Source: Trueperaceae bacterium
GTDB taxonomy: Bacteria; Deinococcota; Deinococci; Deinococcales; Trueperaceae
Assembly (NCBI GenBank): GCA_965215565.1
Contig: CBDCDZ010000004.1
Coordinates: 288,001-352,000 of the forward strand
DNA length: 64,000 nt
Direction: 5' to 3'
The position numbers were made by a program, and so were the translations under genes. This document shows positions 39,332 to 48,975 of this stretch, piece by piece. Positions within the stretch are counted from its first letter, which is position 1; each line of letters opens with the position of its first letter. Under the pieces are notes generated by a model. That model did no database searches, had not been told where the DNA came from, and saw only the letters and a program-made list of their open reading frames with translations.

Positions 39332-40150
39332 ATGACTAAAGCGTTACGCTGGACGCTCCTCTACGCGCTCCTCCTCTTCTTCGCGCTGGTCTCCGTCGGT
39401 CCTTTCTTGTGGCTCGTCTCGACGTCACTCAAGTCGGGCAACGTCTTCGCCTATCCGCCGCAGCTTTTACCCGAAGAGCCGACGTTAGAGGCGTATATCA
39501 CCGTCTGGAACGCCCAAGACATGCCCCGCTTTCTGTGGAACACCGTGCTCATCACCTTTTGGGGCGTATTTGCGAACGTGGCGCTCTCGTCCACGGCGGG
39601 CTACGCTCTGGCGCGGGTGCGCTTTCCGGGGCGCAACATTATCTTCGGGCTCATCTTGTCTACGCTCGTTTTGCCCGACACGGTGGGCATCATCGTCAAC
39701 TTCATCACGCTGGCGCGGCTCGGGCTCATCAATACGATCATCGGCGTGGTGCTACCTTACGCGGTGGTGGCGGTCAATATCTTTATCATGCGGCAAGCCT
39801 TTATCGGCATCCCGAGCGAGCTAGAAGACGCCGCCCGTATCGACGGGGCGAGCGCGTTCGGCATCTGGTGGCGCATCATGCTGCCACTGGTGCGCCCTGC
39901 CTTGATGACGGTGGTAATCTTTCAGTTCGTCAACATGTGGAACCTCTACATCTGGCCCCTCATCGTGTTACAAGACCCGGACAAGTATCCGCTGTCGGTA
40001 GCGATTGCCAGTTTGACGCAAGGGGAGCTGTCGCTGAACTTTTCGAACATCGCGGCGGCGACGGTGATTTCAATTGTTCCGGTAATCATCTTGTTTTTAG
40101 CCTTACAGCGCTACTTTATCGAAGGCTTAGCGGGCTCGGTGAAAGGGTGA
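39332..40150 (+). CDS. Carbohydrate ABC permease (MalG-like)
   Basis: IPSELEDAARIDGA, GSVKG C-terminus. Confidence 0.93.
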   Translation: MTKALRWTLLYALLLFFALVSVGPFLWLVSTSLKSGNVFAYPPQLLPEEPTLEAYITVWNAQDMPRFLWNTVLITFWGVFANVALSSTAGYALARVRFPGRNIIFGLILSTLVLPDTVGIIVNFITLARLGLINTIIGVVLPYAVVAVNIFIMRQAFIGIPSELEDAARIDGASAFGIWWRIMLPLVRPALMTVVIFQFVNMWNLYIWPLIVLQDPDKYPLSVAIASLTQGELSLNFSNIAAATVISIVPVIILFLALQRYFIEGLAGSVKG

Positions 40151-40162
40151 AGTCGGGCTGAC

Positions 40163-41647
40163 GTGACCCTCCTCCTCGTCCCCCCCGACACGCGCCCGCC
40201 GACGCTGGCGTTTCCCCGTAACCTCGCTCTAGCTGTTGGCTTGAACGTTCTTGTCCCGCCACCGAACGCGCTCAACACAATCAACGAACCCGGCGATACT
40301 GAAGTTTTGCGTGAATGGCTTTTGGACAACGCCGCTGACGCTTCGCTTCTTATCGTGTCGCTCGAGACCCTCACCTTGGGCGGCATGATTCCGGCGCGGC
40401 GGGTAGATACTTCTTCGGAAGAGGTAAAGGAGAGGCTCGAGCTTTTACGAACCCTAAAAGAGGTCAATCCTGAGCTGCGCACCTTAGCGCACGGCGTCAT
40501 CGTACGTGTGGCTCACGATAATGATCCAATAGAAGAAAAGTCTTACTACGGCGTGTGGGGTGACGCTTTGCGGCGCTACTCTGAGCTGAGTGACCGCGCT
40601 TCAAGAGGTGAAGACGTTTCTTTGGAGACAAGCGAGCTACCCGAAGAGATTTTAGAGGACTGGCTCACCACGCGGCGGCGCAACCATCGGCTTCACCTAG
40701 ACGCTTTGGACCTCGTAGCGGAAGGAGTGCTAGAACACCTGTGTTTGACGTTGGACGACACGAGCACCTACGGACTCGCCGCGCAGGACAGGCGGGGGTT
40801 AGAAGCGAAAACGGATAACTTGGGTTTGTGGTCACAGGTAGATATCTACCCTGGTGCAGATGAGGTTTCCGCGACTCTGTTAGCAAGAGCGCTCAATCCC
40901 GAACCCCTTAGAGTAGCGGTGTGCTATCCGAATGCAAAGAGTCCTTTAGTAGAACTGCGCTACGAAGACCGCTGTCTGGGTGAACTCGTCAAGGCGCACG
41001 TGCGGGCAGCGCGCGCGGTAGAGGTTGAGCGTGTCGAGGACGCCGACCTTATCTTGGCGGTGAACGCGCCCGCACTGAAACAAGGAGAGGTGCAGCCGGA
41101 TTACGCGAATGTAGACACCGCTGAGCGACACTTGCCGTTATTTGTAGAGAGCGTGAAAGGGTGGTTGGGGCAAGGCACCCCCGTCACCCTCGCCGACGTC
41201 GCCTACGCCAACGGAGCCGAAGCGCGGCTCATGAGGTTGCTCGCCGCACAAATACGGCTGAGTGACCTCTCCGGTTTTAGCGCGTGGAATACGGCGGGCA
41301 ATTCGCTGGGTGGCGCGTTGGCGCAAGGACTGCTTGCACATAGGATAGAAAACCAGGAGAAATGGCTCGAGCTGCGTTTCAACCGCTTCGTGGACGACTA
41401 CCTCTACCAAACTCACGTCCGCGCCGAAGTTTATATAGCGTTGCCCAATCCCGACCCCTTCGACCTCGGTGAGCAAGTCGAGCAAGCCGAAATTATGATC
41501 GATGAGCGCATTCGACCTCTCGCTGAAACCCTTTGGGCTGAGCATTTCGCAGATGAAACGCACGACCTCGTCTGGCAGCCTGCCCGCCTCGCCTGGGCGC
41601 GTCTCTTTACGGGAGTGTTTGGGCTCGAGGTGAAAGCGAGAGCGTAA
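40163..41647 (+). CDS. DUF4127-like protein
   Basis: VPPDTRP, GGMIPAR, YPGADE, YED, ADVAYANG, SAWNTAGNSLG, DDYLYQ. Confidence 0.8.
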   Translation: MTLLLVPPDTRPPTLAFPRNLALAVGLNVLVPPPNALNTINEPGDTEVLREWLLDNAADASLLIVSLETLTLGGMIPARRVDTSSEEVKERLELLRTLKEVNPELRTLAHGVIVRVAHDNDPIEEKSYYGVWGDALRRYSELSDRASRGEDVSLETSELPEEILEDWLTTRRRNHRLHLDALDLVAEGVLEHLCLTLDDTSTYGLAAQDRRGLEAKTDNLGLWSQVDIYPGADEVSATLLARALNPEPLRVAVCYPNAKSPLVELRYEDRCLGELVKAHVRAARAVEVERVEDADLILAVNAPALKQGEVQPDYANVDTAERHLPLFVESVKGWLGQGTPVTLADVAYANGAEARLMRLLAAQIRLSDLSGFSAWNTAGNSLGGALAQGLLAHRIENQEKWLELRFNRFVDDYLYQTHVRAEVYIALPNPDPFDLGEQVEQAEIMIDERIRPLAETLWAEHFADETHDLVWQPARLAWARLFTGVFGLEVKARA

Positions 41648-41674
41648 TATGTTTAGGGATTCTGACGGCGTTCG

Positions 41675-41696
41675 ACAAGGGGTTGAAACCCCTTGT
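41675..41696. repeat. Short REP-like palindrome
   Basis: ACAAGGGG-TTGAAA-CCCCTTGT; related copy near 58817-58836. Confidence 0.6.
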
Positions 41697-41781
41697 TTAG
41701 GAGGAGAGCGATGTGTGGCAGGCTTTTTCAATTCACTTCTGAGATGTATAGAGGCGCTGATAACGCGCACTTCTCACCTTT

Positions 41782-44652
41782 ATGCTGACCCTCCAGCAAC
41801 GCCTCGTTCGCGCTCAAGCGCGAGTTCATGAGCTGTCACTTTGGAAGGTGAGAGCACATGTGCAAATAGAGGGCTGGCGCTGGGACGGTCAACCGCTTCA
41901 AATCGACGAGGCTTGGCCCAAGCGTGAAGGCGTTCACCATCTGACCTGTGAAAAGGTGCGTGTACCGGACGACTGGAACTTGGACGAGAGTTTTCTGCAT
42001 CTGAACGTGGGCGGCGAGAGCTTATTGAGCTTGGAGTACGAGGGAGAGACCGAACGCTTCGGCCTCAACTCGCACCATGAACACTTTCCACTTCTAGGAC
42101 GAAATTTCTCTATTCACACCGAGTCCGTCGCTCGCTTTGAATTCGGCGTGCCGAACCCTGACCCGCGTTTGGAGGTGGCGCGGCTCGAGTGGCGAGACAG
42201 CGCGGTTGACTCTCTGGTGCGTCTCTTGAGTTTGACGCTCGAGACCGCCGAGTGCCTGCCCGACCATGAAGTCGCGCCGCTGCTCATCAAGGCTGCCGAA
42301 CGCGCAGTTCAAATGGTGGCGTTGCCCTCGCACACCCCTCTTTACACCGCCCGCACCCTCGGAGAGTTCGACACGCCGCCTATTTGGAGCGCGCCCGACG
42401 TTGACAGCCATCCTGCTGGACTGAGTAAGGGTGAGCGTGAGAGTGTACGCCGAGCGCAGGGGACCTTGGAGGAAGACCTCGCGCAACTCCGCACCTGGTT
42501 TCCCAAAGTCGGTAAGCTCTGTCTCACCGGACACGCGCACCTAGACCTTGCCTGGCTCTGGCCCCTGGACGAATCCAAACGCAAAGCGCGGCGCACCGCC
42601 TATACCCAACTCGCGCTGATGAAACGTTACCCCGAGTTTCGCTTCAACCAGTCCTCGGCGCAGTGGTATGCGTGGTTGGAGGAGGACGCCGACCTCTTCA
42701 GAGGGATTCAAGCGGCGGTGCAAAGAGGTCAGTGGGAAGTCGTGGGCGGCATGTGGGTGGAGCCCGACATGAACCTCTTAGCGGGCGAGTCGGTGGTGCG
42801 GCAGCTTCTCTATGGGCAGCGGTATTTTGAAAAGCACTTCGGCGCGACATGCGACACGGCGTGGCTCCCGGATTGCTTCGGCTTCTCGGGCGCGGTGCCG
42901 CAGCTTTTGCGGGGCGCAGGCATCCGCAACTTCTTCACGGCGAAACTCAACTGGAATGAGACGACGAAGTTTCCGCACGACCTCTTCTGGTGGGAGGGCT
43001 TAGACGGGTCCAGCGTGCTCACCCACACCCTCGACAACAAGCCTTTCGGCGAGGGCTACAACGGACTTGTGCGCCCCGAATCGCTGCTGCGCACGTGGGG
43101 CAACTACCGCGGCAAGACGGCTCACCGCGAGAGCCTCTTTGCGGCGGGCTGGGGCGACGGCGGCGGCGGTCCGACGCCGGACATGCTCGAGGATGCCCGC
43201 GCCATGACCCACCTGCCCGTCGTACCCGAAGCGACGTGGGGCAGCGTGAGCGACTTCTTCGCCCGTGCAAGAGAGAGCGCCGAGCGCGAGCCCATTTCCT
43301 TGTGGCAAGGCGAGATGTACTTGGAGTTTCACCGGGGCACGTACACCTCGCAGGAGCGCACCAAAAACCTCCACCGCCGCGCCGAGGTTGCGCTCGTGGA
43401 GGCGGAAAAGGACTCGAGCCTCGCTTATATCCGAAATCAGAGCGAGCAAGAGGTTAGTAGGGAAGAGGTCTACCCGAAAACGCTCGAGCAAGAGTGGCGA
43501 ACTGTCCTCCTCAGCGAGTTTCACGACGTGTTACCGGGCACCTCCATACGCGAGGTTTACGAAGAGATCGAGCCACTACTAGAGAAAACGCTGGAGGAGG
43601 TGTTGGCGTCGTTGCCGCCTACCGAAGAGGTCCACAATCCTGATATACAACAATCCGAAGTAGAACAAGAGGTGCGGCAGGGTGGGCTCGAGAACGAGCA
43701 CCTCCGCGCCACCTTTTCATCCTCCGGGCACCTCACCAGTTTGTTCGACAAACGCGCCGAACGCGAACTGCTTAGTGAGCCCAGTAACGCGCTTTGGGTC
43801 TACCCAGACAAGCCGCGCCGCTGGGACGCCTGGGACGTTGAAGACTTACACGCTTCCTATAGCGCTCCCGGTGAGCCGTTGCACGCGGAGTACGTCGAAG
43901 TCGTAGAGGAGGGTCTGGCGGTTCACTACGTTTTTCGCGAGAGTCGCATTGTGCAAACGCACCGCTTAGCTGGGAGGCGCCTCGAGGTGCAGACTGAACT
44001 CGAGTGGCGCGAGCGGCGGCACCGGCTGAATGCGACGTTCGGTCTGCGCGGAACCGGCCAGGTTCTTACAGGTACGGCGTTCGGCTTTCACACCCGCTCA
44101 CCGCTTTTGACGGATTTGGCGCGTCAAGCGAAGTTCGAAGTGCCGATGCAAGGCTTTGCGGCGCTTTTAGGAACGGATGGTTACGCGCCCGCGCTCCTTG
44201 CGAGCGGGCGTTACGGTCTCTCGCTCCGTTCACTCGGGAGGACGACGGAACTCGCCCTATCGCTCCTCCGCTCACCCGTCTACCCGGACCCCTACGCCGA
44301 CGAAGGTGCGCACACCTTTCATTACGCGCTCACGGCGGGTCACTTCGCGCAGGGCGAGGTTCACGCGGAACTAGCGGCGCTGGAGAACCGTTCGACCTCC
44401 GCACTCGAGTGGCTGGGGCTGGACCCGAAAGGAGCGTTAGAGCTAGCCGCGCTCAAAAGAGCCGAAGACGGGAATGGGCTTATTGCTCGGTTTGCGGAGC
44501 GTTTCGGGCTCTACACTGCACCCTTTGAGAGGCTCGAGCTAAAGGGCTGGCGCGTCCAAGAGGTTGACCTCTTAGAAGGTGAGCTTGAAACGACCTCTTT
44601 CGACTTCGCCCCCTTTCAGGTGCGCTCGTACCACTTGACCGAGGATGACTGA
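41782..44652 (+). CDS. GH38 alpha-mannosidase
   Basis: GHAHLDLAWLW, WLPDCFG, GWGDGGGGP, YLEFHRGTYTSQ, FHDVLPGTSI. Confidence 0.92.
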   Translation: MLTLQQRLVRAQARVHELSLWKVRAHVQIEGWRWDGQPLQIDEAWPKREGVHHLTCEKVRVPDDWNLDESFLHLNVGGESLLSLEYEGETERFGLNSHHEHFPLLGRNFSIHTESVARFEFGVPNPDPRLEVARLEWRDSAVDSLVRLLSLTLETAECLPDHEVAPLLIKAAERAVQMVALPSHTPLYTARTLGEFDTPPIWSAPDVDSHPAGLSKGERESVRRAQGTLEEDLAQLRTWFPKVGKLCLTGHAHLDLAWLWPLDESKRKARRTAYTQLALMKRYPEFRFNQSSAQWYAWLEEDADLFRGIQAAVQRGQWEVVGGMWVEPDMNLLAGESVVRQLLYGQRYFEKHFGATCDTAWLPDCFGFSGAVPQLLRGAGIRNFFTAKLNWNETTKFPHDLFWWEGLDGSSVLTHTLDNKPFGEGYNGLVRPESLLRTWGNYRGKTAHRESLFAAGWGDGGGGPTPDMLEDARAMTHLPVVPEATWGSVSDFFARARESAEREPISLWQGEMYLEFHRGTYTSQERTKNLHRRAEVALVEAEKDSSLAYIRNQSEQEVSREEVYPKTLEQEWRTVLLSEFHDVLPGTSIREVYEEIEPLLEKTLEEVLASLPPTEEVHNPDIQQSEVEQEVRQGGLENEHLRATFSSSGHLTSLFDKRAERELLSEPSNALWVYPDKPRRWDAWDVEDLHASYSAPGEPLHAEYVEVVEEGLAVHYVFRESRIVQTHRLAGRRLEVQTELEWRERRHRLNATFGLRGTGQVLTGTAFGFHTRSPLLTDLARQAKFEVPMQGFAALLGTDGYAPALLASGRYGLSLRSLGRTTELALSLLRSPVYPDPYADEGAHTFHYALTAGHFAQGEVHAELAALENRSTSALEWLGLDPKGALELAALKRAEDGNGLIARFAERFGLYTAPFERLELKGWRVQEVDLLEGELETTSFDFAPFQVRSYHLTEDD

Positions 44653-46135
44653 GACGCTAAAAGCTGACGTCGCCATCATCGGTGGCAGTTTAGGCGGTGT
44701 CGCCGCCGCGCTCGCGGCGTGTGAGGCAGGCTGTACCGTCATCTTGAGTGAAGAGACGGACCTCTTGGGTGGACAGCTCAGCGCTCAGGGCGTCTCGGCG
44801 TTAGATGAGCACGAACGTATCGAAACGCACGCCAACGCCCGCTATTTGACGTTGCGCCGCCGCATCCGTGAGCATTACGTCAAAAGAGGTGCGCCGCGCT
44901 TCATGCCGGATGGTCAACCGCTCAACCCCGGCAACGCTTGGGTCAGTCGGCTCTGCTTCGAACCTCTTGTCGGCACTAAGGTGATACGCAAAATGCTCCG
45001 TCCGTTTGAGCGAGCGGGGCGGCTCAAGATACTGTTAGAGCATCGCCCCGTCGCCGCTAAAGTCATAGGTGAAGAGGTGCGAGAGGTGAGGCTCGAGGCT
45101 CCACATACGCACACTACTATCCGCGCCGACCTCTTCCTAGACGCCACCGACTTGGGCGACCTGCTCCCGCTGACCCACACGCCGTTCGTCATGGGCGCAG
45201 AATCTCGGTTTGATACAGGCGAACCTCACGCGCCCGATGTGGCGAAACCGAATGAGGTGCAGAGCTTCACCGCCTGCTTCGCAGTCGAGTATTGCCCCGG
45301 CGAGTCGCACGTGATTCCTAAGCCCGAAGGGTACGAAACGCTCCGGGACGCTCAGCCTTACAGCTTGAGCTTGGACATCGGCACGGGGCAAGAAAAGCAT
45401 TTCAAGATGTTCTCCGAGGGCGAAAACGGCGAACTCCCATTCTGGACGTACCGCCGCTTACTCGACGCGAAACTTCTGAACCTTTCGAACGACGTTGCGC
45501 TGATCAACTGGGCGAGCAATGATTACAGCGAGGTGAGTCTGTTAGAAGATTACGAACGCGCTTGGGCAGAAGCCAAACGCCTCTCGCTGGGCTTCCTCTA
45601 CTGGCTCCAGACCGAAGCCCCTCGAGACGAAGGCGGGCAGGGCTATCCTGAATTTAAGTTGCGCCCCGACGTAATGGGAACTTCGGACGGACTCGCCAAA
45701 GCGCCCTACGTCCGTGAACCGCGGCGGATTATCGGCTTGGAGCGCGTTTTAGAACAACACCTCACGGACGCTCACGATTGGCGCACGCCCGTCGCTATCG
45801 GCTGGTATCCGCTTGACTTGCACCCTTGCGTGGGCAACCCGGAGCGCTCCATGTATCATCCTACGCGCCCTTTCACCCTCCCGCTCGGCACACTGATTCC
45901 GAAGACGCGCCCAAATCTCTTAGCCGCGTGCAAAAACGTCAGCACGACGCACCTGAGTAACGGCGCGTGCCGCGTCCACCACGTCGAGTGGGCGTTAGGC
46001 GAGGCGGCGGGTGCCGTGGCGGCGCTCTGCGTTAGGGAGCGGTGCACGCTGCATGAGGTCTACGCTTCAAAGAGGTTACAAAAGAGGTTGGTTGAGCGCT
46101 TTGCGCAGCAAGATATCCTCACCTCGTGGACGTGA
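44645..46135 (+). CDS. FAD-dependent oxidoreductase
   Basis: IIGGSLGGVAAA, DATDLGD, PYVREPRRI, THLSNGACRVH. Confidence 0.87.
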   Translation: MTETLKADVAIIGGSLGGVAAALAACEAGCTVILSEETDLLGGQLSAQGVSALDEHERIETHANARYLTLRRRIREHYVKRGAPRFMPDGQPLNPGNAWVSRLCFEPLVGTKVIRKMLRPFERAGRLKILLEHRPVAAKVIGEEVREVRLEAPHTHTTIRADLFLDATDLGDLLPLTHTPFVMGAESRFDTGEPHAPDVAKPNEVQSFTACFAVEYCPGESHVIPKPEGYETLRDAQPYSLSLDIGTGQEKHFKMFSEGENGELPFWTYRRLLDAKLLNLSNDVALINWASNDYSEVSLLEDYERAWAEAKRLSLGFLYWLQTEAPRDEGGQGYPEFKLRPDVMGTSDGLAKAPYVREPRRIIGLERVLEQHLTDAHDWRTPVAIGWYPLDLHPCVGNPERSMYHPTRPFTLPLGTLIPKTRPNLLAACKNVSTTHLSNGACRVHHVEWALGEAAGAVAALCVRERCTLHEVYASKRLQKRLVERFAQQDILTSWT

Positions 46136-46164
46136 CGCTGAATTGAATGAGGTAGCGTTCAAGA

Positions 46165-46773
46165 TTAGCGGAGTCTCTGTCCCATGTAGACCTCTTTGGG
46201 CTCCTCGAGTAAAACCTCGAAGCCCATTTTCTTATAAAACTCGAAAGCTCCCCGGTTACTCGCCCCCAAACCGAGGTGCACCCCCGCTGAGCCGCGCCGC
46301 CTGAGTTCGCCCAGCAGCGTTTCCATCAGCTTGCGTCCCCAACCTTGACCTTGTGCGCGCGGTAAGAGGTCGATGTGGAGGTGCGAGGGGTACGCACTCA
46401 AATCGATGGGTTTGGAGAGGTCGGGGTGATGAATCCTACTGTAGAGGCGTTCAGAGGATGTCCAGCTCTCCGGGTTTCCTGTCGGATTAGGCAGCTCGGC
46501 TTGTAGCGGGGGGAGCCACTCGAGCCGATACCTCTTATTAAACCTCTTCGTGTCCAGTGCGCCGAGGATGTAGCCTATAACCTCTTCTTTATCCGTAAGC
46601 ATAAAGGCGAGTGCGGGCTCGAGCGTCACGTAGGGTCCCGCGTAGAGGTGTCCTAAGATATCAGGGTCATCATAAAGTTCGCTAGCGTCGTCTCCCGAGT
46701 CGCCTGTACAGAGGCAGATGTCGTAGACTGCGCTCAAGTCTCGCGCGTCATAAGGGCGGATGGAGAAAGCCAT
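46165..46773 (-). CDS. GNAT acetyltransferase (O-GlcNAcase HAT-like-domain family)
   Basis: YDICLCTG, YAGPY..LEP, YPSHLHIDLLP, QGQGWG, FYKKMGF. Confidence 0.85.
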   Translation of the reverse strand: MAFSIRPYDARDLSAVYDICLCTGDSGDDASELYDDPDILGHLYAGPYVTLEPALAFMLTDKEEVIGYILGALDTKRFNKRYRLEWLPPLQAELPNPTGNPESWTSSERLYSRIHHPDLSKPIDLSAYPSHLHIDLLPRAQGQGWGRKLMETLLGELRRRGSAGVHLGLGASNRGAFEFYKKMGFEVLLEEPKEVYMGQRLR

Positions 46774-46820
46774 GCTCAAGTTTAGACCTTCGCGCATCCT
46801 CGAACCTTGCCTTATGCGGA

Positions 46821-46952
46821 TAGCAGTTCCATAACCTATTGAGACAGAATGTAGCAGGTATCATCACCGAACGTGCGTGTTAAACGGTGTTTTATAAAGT
46901 GGGAGTGTTGCTTCGCATAACTTCGTTCACTCTGACTAGATGATACCTGCTA
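46821..46952 (+). mobile_element. MITE-like element, copy F (111 + 21 nt)
   Basis: TAGCAGTTCC...GATACCTGCTA; 132 bp. Confidence 0.85.
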
Positions 46953-47015
46953 AAAATTATGTCGTGCAACCTCGTATTACCTCTTCTGAGCAAGACTTCG
47001 CGATAAGGTGAAAGG

Positions 47016-47966
47016 GTGAAAGAGGGTCGTCAAAAGAGGTGTTGTAGCCCTTCGCGTTCAGCAAGTGAGGCTCGGGTCGGCTCGAGCGAGGATAGCGTTG
47101 CAAAAAGCCCGGTGAGCAGTTCCGCAAAAGGAATGGTTTACCTTGAAGGCGGGAGCTTTCTCATGGGCACGGACGAGCCGACGTTTCCCGCCGACGGTGA
47201 GGGTCCGGTGCGCGAGGTGACGCTCTCGCCTTTTTGGATAGGACCTTTTGCCGTTACTAACGCGCAGTTCGCGGCGTTTGTAGAGGCGACGGGTTACGTG
47301 AGTGAAGCGGAGCGCTACGGCTGGTCTTTCGTATTCTACCAGTTCTTACCCGAAGACGCGCCGCCGACACAGGGCGTCGCCAACACCCCTTGGTGGCGAC
47401 AGGTCTTCGGCGCATCGTGGAGAAATCCCGAGGGTCCGCACTCGTCGGTGGATGGACGTCTGAATCACCCTGTCATCCATGTCTCTTGGAATGATGCTAC
47501 GGCTTATGCACGCTGGGCGGGCAAACGCTTACCGACGGAAGCGGAGTGGGAATACGCGGCGCGAGGGGGGCTCGAGCAAAATACCTATCCTTGGGGCGAC
47601 CGCTTGGTCCCCAATAAAAAGCACCGCTGCAACATCTGGCAAGGAACCTTCCCGAGCAAGAACACCGCCAAGGACGGCTTCGTCGGCACCGCGCCCGTGG
47701 ACGCCTTTGCGCCCAACGGCTACGGGCTCTACAACGTGACGGGCAACACCTGGGAGTGGTGCGCGGATTGGTGGGGCACTGAGCACGCAAAAGGGCCTCA
47801 CCTCAACCCGTGCGGACCCGAAGAGGGTCAGGCAAAGGTCATCAAGGGTGGCTCTTACCTCTGCCACGCTTCGTACTGTAACCGCTATAGGGTCGCGGCG
47901 CGGACGAGCAATACGCCGGACAGCACAACAGGACACATGGGCTTTCGGGTGGTGCGGGATGCTTGA
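47016..47966 (+). CDS. Formylglycine-generating enzyme (SUMF1 family)
   Basis: VTNAQF, RLPTEAEWEYAARGG, GGSYLCHASYCNRYRVAAR with both catalytic Cys. Confidence 0.93.
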   Translation: MKEGRQKRCCSPSRSASEARVGSSEDSVAKSPVSSSAKGMVYLEGGSFLMGTDEPTFPADGEGPVREVTLSPFWIGPFAVTNAQFAAFVEATGYVSEAERYGWSFVFYQFLPEDAPPTQGVANTPWWRQVFGASWRNPEGPHSSVDGRLNHPVIHVSWNDATAYARWAGKRLPTEAEWEYAARGGLEQNTYPWGDRLVPNKKHRCNIWQGTFPSKNTAKDGFVGTAPVDAFAPNGYGLYNVTGNTWEWCADWWGTEHAKGPHLNPCGPEEGQAKVIKGGSYLCHASYCNRYRVAARTSNTPDSTTGHMGFRVVRDA

Positions 47967-48017
47967 GGGATGAGGCTGAGGTACTTACCGAGAAGTCCGA
48001 ACGCGGTAGCTTGGAAA

Positions 48018-48282
48018 GAGCAATGAGAAAAGACAGCGATGAGTACCGAGCAATCCCCTTTTGGGGTTACGCAGTCTTCCGAAGGAAACGAACGGTGAGC
48101 AATGAGTAAAAACTGAAGACTTTAGACTCACTACTCACCGTTTCGTTTCGTCGCTTTGCTCCCACTAGGCGAAAACTTCATAATCGTTCCTTCGGCTAGT
48201 GGCTAGCGGGAGCGCACCACGCGACAGCGTATGCGACTGTACTGCGTAACCAGTTCGACTGAGTTGCTTTCAACTCATTGCT
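48018..48282. repeat. GCAATGA heptamer-arm palindrome, copy 3, with many nested inserts
   Basis: gagcaat[ccccttttgggg(ttacgcagtcttccgaaggaa)acgaacggt]gagcaatgag...ttgctttcaactcattgct. Confidence 0.8.
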
Positions 48283-48345
48283 AAACCACATGCAAGCACC
48301 GAACAAACGTAAATTGATGAGTCACAAATCATACTGGGGGACAAT

Positions 48346-48657
48346 ATGAAACACGTACAAATGCAACTCGGCGGTAGCGGCAGCTTCAAGGTCATCGCGG
48401 AGGCGAGCCACTCGCAAGTCGCGGTGATGACGTTGGGGGTAAACGAGAGTGTAGGTGGACCGAATAACGTTCACAACTCGAGTGAACAGTGGCTCTACGT
48501 CGTCTCCGGTGTAGGCGAAGCTGTCGTCGCGGGGGAACGGGTGGACCTGTCGAAGGGTAGCCTCTTGCTCATCGAAGCGGGCGAAGGGCATGAGATTGTC
48601 AATACCGGGGACGAGCCGCTCAGGACGCTGAACGTCTACGCGCCGCCGGAGTACTGA
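48346..48657 (+). CDS. Cupin domain protein
   Basis: NVHNSSEQWLYVVSG, GEGHEIVNTG. Confidence 0.88.
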   Translation: MKHVQMQLGGSGSFKVIAEASHSQVAVMTLGVNESVGGPNNVHNSSEQWLYVVSGVGEAVVAGERVDLSKGSLLLIEAGEGHEIVNTGDEPLRTLNVYAPPEY

Positions 48658-48975
48658 TTGTTACGACGTTCACATCACGGCTTCTGGCGGGCACTCCGCG
48701 AAACGAACTTGTAGGTTCTTGTTGAGAACGCTCAGGGGAGACGGCTCAGGGACGCAGCGTCCGTAGCGTCCGCCCCTCACGTTCGCTGAGCCAATCCACC
48801 TCTTCCGTGCCCGCTCCAAAATGTTTTATACTCTAAATAGTGAAGTTCAATTCTCTCTAAACTCCGAATGCTGGTGCTGACCTCTACGCTGTGCCCTTCA
48901 CTATTCGAATTAAGAAGGAGGTCGAGGCGGAGTTGTTGACCTTTATAAATTTACTCGAGCAGATGAGGTGCCGAA

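Noticed and set aside
39409..40161. 250-aa alternative-frame ORF and the many other short overlapping ORFs
   Set aside because: Shadow ORFs of GC-rich genes; Arg/Ala-rich with no recognisable motifs
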